From: Anaerolineae bacterium
GTDB taxonomy: Bacteria; Chloroflexota; Anaerolineae; Anaerolineales; E44-bin32
DNA: 64,000 bases
Assembly (NCBI GenBank): GCA_030605795.1
Contig: JAUWHR010000010.1
Coordinates: forward strand, 818-64,817
Direction: 5' to 3'
Shown: in pieces, positions 48,801 to 57,030 of the stretch
Layout of the letters: the number at the start of each line of letters is the position of its first letter
Numbering within the stretch: the stretch's first letter is position 1
Notes under the pieces: model-generated
The model's input: the letters and a program-made list of their open reading frames with translations, nothing else
What the model was told of the DNA's origin: nothing
Database searches by the model: none
Made by a program: the position numbers and the translations under genes

Positions 48801-50865
48801 CCGCGCAGTGCTCGATGTCATGCGGTTCCGGACAACCAAACAATGCGCGATAGTAGGCGGCAGTCAAGGGATAACGTATCAGCACCCGGGGGATCGAGCC
48901 GTACTGACGGCTGGAGGAGATAATTAGATACTCTCCCTGGGTCAGGGTTTCGGCGATACGCTCCAGCTTGTCAGAGATCCCATTCTCTTCGTCGTCCTGG
49001 TCATCAGGCCAATAGAGCTCCTGATTGAGACCGATATAGCGACCATTCATACTGCGCCCATCAACGCTCCATGGCATGCCATCGTCCCAGGTCGTCTCGT
49101 GGATGATCGCCGACCCCCGCATAACTACCGGACCGCCCTTTATCAATTCCAGGCGTAGGTGCAAATTCTGATCAGGCTGAAGTTGCACGGGTTGGCTGAG
49201 CTCAAGTTCAAGCCGCTGCTCTTCGCCAGCAGAAAGGTGTCCATCAAATATCGCCGTAGCTAACACCGGTTCCGCATTGGGATCTTCGAGCAAGCTCAGG
49301 GTCAAAGTGATTTCCGCGCTCTCAGATTGAAGGCTTTGTGCATAGGGAATCAGGACTGCCTTCGCAACCCCATCCAGATAGATGCTAAAGGATGTTACAT
49401 ACGGAGTATCGCTGCTGAGCGAGAAATCCTGCGGCATGGGGATCGATTCGAGAAGCTCTTCACCGCTATCCGTTTCTACCACCAGATTGATCACGCCGGG
49501 GATATGGGAATAGATCCAGCGAGAGGCTGCTACCCGAGTGAAAGTTTCCCGGTAGATACTGGTAAAAGCCAGCGCCCAGAATGCTGTTCCCAGGATGGAA
49601 CCAACCCCGACAACTGCCACAGCTACTCGGGCTAACTTTCGCCACTTAACACGAACCAAACCGGCCCGCTCCCAGGCATGCCACAGCCCCCAGGCTGCCA
49701 TCAACGCCAGCGGGGGATATATCGGCATCTGGTAGCGCATGGCGGGGGTGAAACTGATCGACTGCCAGAGGAAATATGCTCCTATCCAAACCACCGGCAG
49801 TAGATGGCGAATCTTGACGCCCCGGATCAGTTCTAAAACCGCCCAAATCCAACCCGCCCAGGCGAGAACCCCGAGTGGTAATCCCATACCCCATAAGAGC
49901 ATATTTTGTAATGAATGGAGCACCGGCAGCCGGTTTGCCCATTGCAATACAAAGGGAGCGTCGGAATTACCCTGGTTCTGGTTAAGGATTTCCTCTAAGT
50001 TTGCCAGCCACTTCGGGTTAAACTTTATATCGAAGAACGAAGGACCAGAGAACGCATAAGGTTGCACGATCCTGAACATCAACAATGAAACAAGAGCTGC
50101 CGCGATGAGGTAAAGAGAAACCCGGTAGAGTTCGCGTTTCCTGGCCTCTGGCGTCGCCTGACAGATACGTGCCAGACCGGCCAGAGCGACCACGCCAGCT
50201 AAAGGAGCGGCGTTGATTTTAGAGGCCACCGACATACCTAACGCAAGTCCGAATAGCAAATAATCGTAGAATTCACCCTCGTCCAGTACCCGGATGGCAA
50301 AATAGAATCCAGCCAGGATGAAGGCGTTGGCTATGGAATCGACCACAAAAAAGTGCGCGTGCTGGATCAGCAACACCGAGAGGGCAACGAAGAATGACGC
50401 CAGTAACGCTACTCTTCGCCGATAGAGCCGGGTTCCTATGAGGTAGATGAGCAGGATTGAGATCAGGTCGAACGTGGTCGAGAGGGCGCGTCCCACGAGA
50501 TGAATCTCACCATACCCGGTCTTCCCCACCCACTCCCCCACATACCGTACGATAAAGATCGGCAACGTTCCATAGACGAAGAAACCATGCCCAACATTGT
50601 GAGGGTTGAACGGAGAGATGTCGGTGTTGAAATATTCTCCCAGCGAGGCGGGAATTTGAATGCTGGTCTCCACCATCGACAAGAAACGTTCATCCGGGTG
50701 CAGGTGGGTGCCTTCGTCCCAATTCAATCCCGTGAGCCGAAGGCTCGCCGCGATCACCAGCACAGCCAGTAGAAGGATCTGTGGTAGGCGATCGCGCAGG
50801 TCGGTGCCTATTCTTTGCAGTGATGAGGTTTGTTCTTGTGCGGGATGTTCGTCAGAGGTCTGCAT
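45895..50865 (-). CDS. 1656-aa fusion: GT39/PMT_2-like (TIGR03663-like) GT-C module + soluble linker + complete YYY/DUF2298 module
   Basis: N-terminus [15 protein letters not shown]...VGHGFFVYG has the first-loop DE motif of GT-C enzymes. Residues ~810-1656 align by eye with the whole 886-aa neighbour ([37 protein letters not shown], YYY at aa 969-971). Confidence 0.8.
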   Translation of the reverse strand: [1656 protein letters not shown]

Positions 50866-53084
50866 TACGTCTCCGGCTCAGGGGTGGGAATCTGATCCGT
50901 CCTGTTAGCTGGGGGCACGAAATAGATCATAAAATCCTTTCCCTCTATCTCAGAAGTCCGACGGGAGACTTCTCCGGTTGGAAAAAGTTTATTCAGGCTA
51001 TCAAGCGACTCGATATCGTCCGGATGCAGGATTAGCAACTGCGCCCTCTCCTCCGAAAGAAGGATCTTAAAATTATTCGGCCACAGGGCGTAATCCACCG
51101 TAGGTTTACCGGCGATCATCCCCACCAGCCGCGTGTCCATCCAATGAGGATAAGGAACAACATGAGCAGTCTCAAAGGATCCAATCGACTCAGCAAATGC
51201 CTGTATCACACCCCCAACTTCTGAAGTATTCCAAGCGCCGCGCCGGTACTGATCGGAGAAGTCATCGAATACCAGGCGGAAATTTATTTTTGCCGAGAGG
51301 AGGAACATCCCGGCGACAACCAACAGGCTTATTGTGTGAGCGCGAGGGTTCTTCCAATGAGCACGGACCCAAGCCGGAATGATGGCCAAGGGCAACGCGG
51401 CCAATGTGAATACCGGCACGATGGCACCCGCGGCTCTATTTGGAGCCGGATTTTCAGCTGGGAATGCAAGCGATAAAGTCGAAGGCAACATGAGCAAGGG
51501 TATGGAGATCAGGAGGAATAGGTCAAGCCAGTTCCGCCGCTTTAAATAGCGTACAGCCACAAAGACAGTTCCGAGGTGGAATAAGGCCCCCGTCACCCAA
51601 TCCAACGCAGGTCGGTGGGGGATAGAGATCACCCAGATCCCACCATTATCCCAACCGAACATCGTCAATCCCCGCCAAATGTTCGACAGCAGTATCTTTA
51701 ACGCCGGACCGGGGAGCGGCCTCTCGCTCGATCCCATCCGGGTCAGAGTCCGAAGCATGAAAAGATCAGGCATCTTTAATGCTACCCGAAATAACGGCAA
51801 GAATATTACCAATGAAATTAACCCTGCAGCCACCAACCAGCCGATGACTGCGCCTCGTTGGCCACGGGCAATGCGGTGAGCCAAATAGATTATTACTCCC
51901 ACAACAAGTGTAAAGGGAATAGCCCGAGCTGGAGAATAACCGTGTAAGGCTAATCCGGCGAAGAGACCAGCGAGGAGCATTTGATTGCGTTGTTTCAGGC
52001 GTAAACCTCGAGCCATGTGGTAGAAAACCGGAGCCGTGAAGAGAGGGTAAAGGGGAAAGCGAAGCCCCATACGGCTTATCGTATTCGGCCAATAAGCGAC
52101 ACCGGCCAATAACATAGCCGCCAATCCGACCTCGCGCCCGCCCACCTCACGGGCGAAAAAGTAAATATATGGGAGCGTGAGCAGCCCAAGTAACGCGGTG
52201 CCAAGTTTAAGAGTGATAAAGGAAACTCCGGTACCCAGAAGCTTATCGGTAGCCGCAGCAAGGTAGAACTGTATCGCCTCACGGCCTGTGTTACGCGGGA
52301 AGTAAATAGAATATTTTCCATTCAAGACATCGACGACATCCAACAGTTTTTCGGCCTGATCACTGGTCATCTCGTAAGGAACAGTCGGAAGTTGAGTAAA
52401 GCGGAAGTAGGTCACTAGAATAAATGAGACCAATACAAGCAGGCTCCAACCATCGATTTTCAACCTAATAGCCTTGAGGGGGAATCGAGCCCGAACTTTC
52501 TCCCAAACGAGGCGAGGCTGGAACTCGCCCTCCCACAAGGAGAGAATAGTGCAGATCAACGCCCCGCTCCAGATCACCAGCATCGAAAGCGAAAAACGGT
52601 TACCCCCTGAAACCAGGAAAGTGAACAGCGAAAGAAATGCGGCTGCTATGAGCCAAGGAAGCCTAACCCGAATAGGTTTTATTTTTCGTCTTGCGGTTGA
52701 AAGGCTAATTCTCGGTAAATCCCCCTCCCAAAACGACCACCCAATCAATGCCATCGCAAGCAAATAGGGAATCACCGACCATACAGTATCACCGGTACGC
52801 TGTTCCAATCTAAACTGCGCTACGAAAGCTAATATCAGGGCTGCTGGTAATCTTATATGAGCGGCTTTGAGACGGAATGCGGGTATTTCCTCAGCCAATG
52901 GTGGAGCAGGAACGACAGGCTCCGCAGGAAGTACTTCATCTAAGATTTCGAGCGCTTCGACAGGTATCGGCTCGGGTGCAGCTTCTTCCGGGAAAGGAAG
53001 AGGGCGTAACTTGAGCAACGAAATGAACCATTCGAGAACTGTGGGTTCATTCTGGTTCGTGCCCTCGTCATTTTTAGAATCCAT
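50865..53084 (-). CDS. GT-C glycosyltransferase, ArnT/PMT (GT39/GT83)-like
   Basis: About 100-aa cytoplasmic N-terminus, then about 12 or more TM helices with a first-loop acidic motif (EMTSDQAEK), then a soluble C-terminus. ATG 53084 with SD GGGAGAGG is preferred over GTG 53123. TAATG overlap with the next gene. Confidence 0.72.
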   Translation of the reverse strand: MDSKNDEGTNQNEPTVLEWFISLLKLRPLPFPEEAAPEPIPVEALEILDEVLPAEPVVPAPPLAEEIPAFRLKAAHIRLPAALILAFVAQFRLEQRTGDTVWSVIPYLLAMALIGWSFWEGDLPRISLSTARRKIKPIRVRLPWLIAAAFLSLFTFLVSGGNRFSLSMLVIWSGALICTILSLWEGEFQPRLVWEKVRARFPLKAIRLKIDGWSLLVLVSFILVTYFRFTQLPTVPYEMTSDQAEKLLDVVDVLNGKYSIYFPRNTGREAIQFYLAAATDKLLGTGVSFITLKLGTALLGLLTLPYIYFFAREVGGREVGLAAMLLAGVAYWPNTISRMGLRFPLYPLFTAPVFYHMARGLRLKQRNQMLLAGLFAGLALHGYSPARAIPFTLVVGVIIYLAHRIARGQRGAVIGWLVAAGLISLVIFLPLFRVALKMPDLFMLRTLTRMGSSERPLPGPALKILLSNIWRGLTMFGWDNGGIWVISIPHRPALDWVTGALFHLGTVFVAVRYLKRRNWLDLFLLISIPLLMLPSTLSLAFPAENPAPNRAAGAIVPVFTLAALPLAIIPAWVRAHWKNPRAHTISLLVVAGMFLLSAKINFRLVFDDFSDQYRRGAWNTSEVGGVIQAFAESIGSFETAHVVPYPHWMDTRLVGMIAGKPTVDYALWPNNFKILLSEERAQLLILHPDDIESLDSLNKLFPTGEVSRRTSEIEGKDFMIYFVPPANRTDQIPTPEPET

Positions 53085-53102
53085 AGTGCCTCTCCCTACA
53101 AT

Positions 53103-53293
53103 GGGGTTGTCCCAAAAGATCACTGGACAGACCCTCTTCTCGTTCCAGCAGGGTCTGTGACCCTGCTGATGTTCTTACTCATCGATAAGTATATTGGCCT
53201 ATGACGGGGGTCGCAGACCCGGGGGTCACAGACCCCCGTCGAGCATTTGAGATCTAGCTCCTCGTTCGGGACTGCTCTTTTGGGACAAACCCC
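53103..53293. repeat. Structured intergenic element: 16/17-nt terminal inverted repeats enclosing REP-like palindromes
   Basis: ggggttgtcccaaaag (53103-53118) versus cttttgggacaaacccc (53277-53293). Perfect 10-bp stem cagcagggtc-tgt-gaccctgctg (53148-53170). Three copies of GGGTC(A/G)CAGACCC in both orientations (53151-53163, 53207-53219, 53222-53234). catcgataag is repeated at 53180 and 53299. Confidence 0.6.
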
Positions 53294-53393
53294 TCATCCA
53301 TCGATAAGGCGTAGAGGTCCCCAAAACATCACCTTCCCATATTGTTATGGCTATTTATCTACCTTCGGACTATCAATTTGCCCGTGAGCCCAC

Positions 53394-54182
53394 TCATCGT
53401 TTGTGCGCCAGAAATAAGGTATATGTACCTTCAGCCGATGGCAGCTCGTCATAGTAGCGCCGCACCAGTTTATCTGTCAACCACAAGTTCCAGCGTTTAG
53501 GTGTTAGTATCCAACGACCGGTAACCCAGCGAGGTAACAGGCAGGGCGCACCGAAGTAATGACCCCATTCCAAACATCGCAGCGCGCTGGGTGAGAAGTA
53601 GCGCTGGGTCCGCTCAACCTCGAAGCCCGCACGTTCTAAAAGCGATGTCCATTCGATCTCGTCTAGCAAATTTTTTGTGCGTGAGATCCATATGAACCAG
53701 TCCTGGTAAGCATCTGCAAGTCTCTCCATCGCGAGTCGTCGCAGGTACCGCGGAACACTCAACTGGGTACGATATCTGGGATTCGGTACGGTGAATACAA
53801 AAGGCGCGTTGGGCTGGAGTACCCGCCCTATCTCAGATAACACTTCCTCCAAATGGTCAACATGTTCAAGCACCGAGTTGCTCACTGCACTGGCAAAGCT
53901 TTCAGCGGCACAAGGGAGCTGAGCGCCATTCGCCTGGACAAGAAGCCGGTAAGCTCCCCTGTTATTTGCCTCACGAAGGGAGTTCAACGCCGGATCGACA
54001 CCCACATCAAGTAACTGATCGAACGCCTTCGACGCAAAATGGCCATCCCCGCTTCCAACATCCAAAACTGGATCAGGTAAATCAACCTGTTGCAAGAGAC
54101 GTGCTTCAACCGCCCGTAACAACGCGCGGAAGTATGGCAGGTCTTGCAGTTGTGGCCAGAGGTAGTCGCGAGCCATAAGCAT
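53394..54182 (-). CDS. Class I SAM-dependent methyltransferase
   Basis: Motif I VLDVGSGDGHF, 262 aa. TGATG overlap with the upstream GT4 gene. Confidence 0.85.
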   Translation of the reverse strand: MLMARDYLWPQLQDLPYFRALLRAVEARLLQQVDLPDPVLDVGSGDGHFASKAFDQLLDVGVDPALNSLREANNRGAYRLLVQANGAQLPCAAESFASAVSNSVLEHVDHLEEVLSEIGRVLQPNAPFVFTVPNPRYRTQLSVPRYLRRLAMERLADAYQDWFIWISRTKNLLDEIEWTSLLERAGFEVERTQRYFSPSALRCLEWGHYFGAPCLLPRWVTGRWILTPKRWNLWLTDKLVRRYYDELPSAEGTYTLFLAHKR

Positions 54183-55342
54183 CAGGCGCGATTGCTTATA
54201 CCAAGCAATTCATTAAAGAGGCGCTCATAGCGCTCTGCAGCTGCGACAGGAGAAAATCGACGAGCGATAGCCTCGGTGTCACCCTGGAAGATCTGTGGTT
54301 GATCGATGACTTCGAGAATCGCCTTCGCGAGAGTGGGGGAATCGCCAATCGGTACAATTTTTCCCATACCAGTCGTTCGGACGGGCTGGCGTACACCGGG
54401 CAAGTCTGAAGCCACCACCGGTGTTCCGCAGATCATGGATTCAATCTGTACCAGTCCGAAGCTTTCAGTGCTGTTCACACTTGGAAGCACGGTCACATCG
54501 CATGCTTTATAGAAATTGGCCATCTGCTCCGGTTCTAAGACATCTAGAAATGTCCAATTGTTCTGAAAACGCTCAAACAATGGCGCTAATCGCTGAGCAT
54601 ACTCTTCTTCCCCGAGTACATTTTGGTACTGTCCAGCGAAGAGTACTTCAGCCTGTGGATGCTCGGCGAGGATAATATCCAGCGCGCCTAAAAGGTATTC
54701 AACCCCTTTCTCGGTTGCCAATCGGGCAGCCATGCCGATGGCCGGTCCCCGTGTCTTGCGTCGCTGCCGCACGAACTCAGCCACCGCTGTCTCTGCAGTG
54801 GACTCTACTTCAACCGGCGGGAAGATGACTCGGAGCTTATCGAGATATCGCGACAGGAAAGGAGAATGGGTGGCAAAATCCTCAGTATAAGCGACCACTT
54901 GATCAGCAAAGCCTGCTGCCAGACGGTTGGATACGGCGACAACCCAGTTGGCTATCAGATTGATCCCTCCCTTTGGCAGTTGCAGGTCGCAGTGGTAGGT
55001 AAGTACAACCGGACGACCCATCAGCCGACCACGCAGAGCGATCCCAGCTGCGTCGAGCTGTGGTAGATGGAGGCTGAGCACATCATGACTAAGCACCTGT
55101 CGCGTGGCTTCAAATCCGATTGTGGGCATCACCACGCCCTTGCTAACTCGGAAAGCGACAGGAACCCGAACCACTTGCACCCCACTCAGATTTTCAAGCC
55201 GTGGCAGGCGCCGCTCATATTGTGAAGTCAACACAGTAACCTGGTGACCTCGCTCCGCAAGGGCGACCGCCAACCTTTCTACATAAATCGTCAAACCAGA
55301 CACATGTGGTCGGTAATAAGTCAGTGCGAACATAATTTTCAT
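54182..55342 (-). CDS. GT4-family glycosyltransferase
   Basis: MKIMFALTYYRPHVSGLTIY start. E-x7-E region ESFGLVQIESMICGTPVVASDLPG. Confidence 0.88.
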   Translation of the reverse strand: MKIMFALTYYRPHVSGLTIYVERLAVALAERGHQVTVLTSQYERRLPRLENLSGVQVVRVPVAFRVSKGVVMPTIGFEATRQVLSHDVLSLHLPQLDAAGIALRGRLMGRPVVLTYHCDLQLPKGGINLIANWVVAVSNRLAAGFADQVVAYTEDFATHSPFLSRYLDKLRVIFPPVEVESTAETAVAEFVRQRRKTRGPAIGMAARLATEKGVEYLLGALDIILAEHPQAEVLFAGQYQNVLGEEEYAQRLAPLFERFQNNWTFLDVLEPEQMANFYKACDVTVLPSVNSTESFGLVQIESMICGTPVVASDLPGVRQPVRTTGMGKIVPIGDSPTLAKAILEVIDQPQIFQGDTEAIARRFSPVAAAERYERLFNELLGISNRA

Positions 55343-55344
55343 AG

Positions 55345-55555
55345 TTATTTATAAATTTGGCAGATTATAGCACCAGACTTTGTTGCCTCCAGCGCATTGA
55401 GTGTGCCTAATGCGTTGGTTTCAAAATCTGTGCGCGGGTTTTCTACTGATGTTGTCACTATTGTCCACTGCCACCACTTCATGTGCCTCTCGGAGCAGGC
55501 GATCTACTGCATTAGCGCCAATGAAACCTTCATCACCGGTAACCAGCGCTTTCAT
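55345..55555 (-). pseudogene. Relic of an NAD-dependent sugar epimerase/dehydratase (5' fragment with internal deletion and frameshift)
   Basis: MKALVTGDEGFIGANAVDRLLREAHEVVAVDNSDN...* is followed in another frame by ETNALGTLNALEATKSG. These correspond to the Rossmann start and the region around residue ~100 of extended SDRs. The remainder is missing and the relic abuts the GT4 start. Confidence 0.5.
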
Positions 55556-55566
55556 ATTGGTTTATC

Positions 55567-55688
55567 GCAACTACTCACCCTCCCGCAGGTTTAGATGTTA
55601 TTTTGACTTAGAACCGCGTCTCGACCGGATATTCAAACTAATAAATGCTCTCAGTCATAACCTGCGGGAGGGTAGGCTGAGTAGTCAC
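55567..55688 (+). mobile_element. MITE family A, copy A4
   Basis: Perfect 8-bp target-site duplication GGTTTATC (55559-55566 and 55689-55696). Inserted 3 nt upstream of the relic epimerase ATG. Confidence 0.92.
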
Positions 55689-56048
55689 GGTTTATCGATA
55701 TTAAATATCAGCCGGGTCTTAATAGCAGGTCTATGTGTCAAGGTTTTAATACACATGTCCCTAATCCTCATCTAGCCGTAACATGACCATGAAAGCGTCA
55801 TCAGGAATCTCCACGTTGTCAACCTGCGTTAAATGACGGGAGACCTCTCTCCCGCCGCCTGAAGTATACCCGAGTCAATTATCCGACGACAGTAATAACG
55901 TTGACCATCCACCGACTTCATGGGCTGTCCTAAAAGGGCTGCCGCGATCAACAAATTCGCCACGTAGGGGCCGACCAAAGTGTCGGCACAAATATGGTTC
56001 GCATTGGGCGACTAGTCGCAGATGCCGGCCGCTCGTCCAGCTTGACTG

Positions 56049-56080
56049 GACCGTTCGTCCCGGTGAATTTATCGGGGGTG
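56049..56080 (-). repeat. Short repeat family D, copy D3 (partial)
   Basis: ccgctcgtccagcttgactggaccgttcgtcc. The first 21 nt are the reverse complement of part of D1, and the last 11 nt are identical to 59311-59321. Confidence 0.6.
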
Positions 56081-56194
56081 TAGTTCCCGTCCTGGTCCGC
56101 CCCTACAATCTTTGCTCGATGGGCCTTTATAGACAGCCCCCTCCGCTCAGGATGCAAATACAAAGCGCTAGTTGAAGTCGGTAGATCTAGGGGA

Positions 56195-56968
56195 TCAGGG
56201 GAAGATACGCTCAAGAAGCGATTGTGTGTCTACTGCTGTCGCGCCTTCCCGGCACCACAGCAGAAACTCGAGATTGCCTTTCCGCCCTTGCAAAGGTGAC
56301 TGGATGAGACCTTGCGGGCCCAGTAAAAGTTTTGTGGCGCAGGAGATGACCTGCTCCAATACCCGACGGTGGACTTCAGGATCGCGGACAACACCCCCCT
56401 TCCCAACAGATTCCTTCCCAGCCTCGAATTGTGGTTTTACCAGAGCGATTACATCCCCTTCTTTCTCCAGCCAGCCGGTAATAGTCGGTAGTATAAGATG
56501 AAGGGAGATGAAGGAAACATCTATTGTCACCAACCCAACCGTTTCTGCCAGGGTCTTAAGTGTGCGTGCGTTGGTGCGCTCCATGACGACCACCCGCGGG
56601 TGGTTGCGCAATCGCCAGTGCAGGATGCCGTATCCAACGTCGATGGCATAGACCCGCGCCGCATCACATTGCAATAAGCAGTCGGTAAATCCTCCGGTGG
56701 AGGCGCCTACATCAGCGCAGACGCGCCCTTCAACATTGACCGGGAAAGCCTCCAGTGCAGCCGCCAGTTTTTCCCCTCCCCGAGAAACGAAGCGAGGGCC
56801 TGTTTCCACGTTGATCTGAGCGTTGGCCAACACCCGACGAGATGACTTGTGCACCATCTGGCCATCGACACGGACCTGGCCGGCCATGATCAACCGTTGC
56901 GCTTGCGAACGACTCTCCACTAGGCCCCGGTTCACTAAAAGAAGATCAATTCTCACCTTAAGCGCCAT
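56195..56968 (-). CDS. tlyA: TlyA-family rRNA (cytidine-2'-O)-methyltransferase
   Basis: S4-like start RIDLLLVNRGLVESRSQAQRLIMAGQVRVDG and FtsJ-type motif DVGASTGGFTDCLLQ. Confidence 0.9.
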   Translation of the reverse strand: MALKVRIDLLLVNRGLVESRSQAQRLIMAGQVRVDGQMVHKSSRRVLANAQINVETGPRFVSRGGEKLAAALEAFPVNVEGRVCADVGASTGGFTDCLLQCDAARVYAIDVGYGILHWRLRNHPRVVVMERTNARTLKTLAETVGLVTIDVSFISLHLILPTITGWLEKEGDVIALVKPQFEAGKESVGKGGVVRDPEVHRRVLEQVISCATKLLLGPQGLIQSPLQGRKGNLEFLLWCREGATAVDTQSLLERIFP

Positions 56969-57030
56969 AATGAGATTCTACATCGAATTTCAGCCAGCGC
57001 CTTACCCTACACACCACTCTTCTTCCAGTC

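Noticed and set aside
53148-53170. Perfect 10-bp hairpin as a rho-independent terminator between the methyltransferase and GT-C genes.
   Set aside because: No U-tract follows the stem on either strand. It is more consistent with a REP-like unit or RNA structure.
55697-56194. A ~500-bp gap between MITE A4 and tlyA, including the 88-aa ORF 55948-56214. A weak VapC/PIN-like string (LLIAAALL) appears in one frame.
   Set aside because: The frames are broken by stops, the similarity is too weak to support a call, and the ORF overlaps the tlyA 3' end and repeat D3. Left unannotated.
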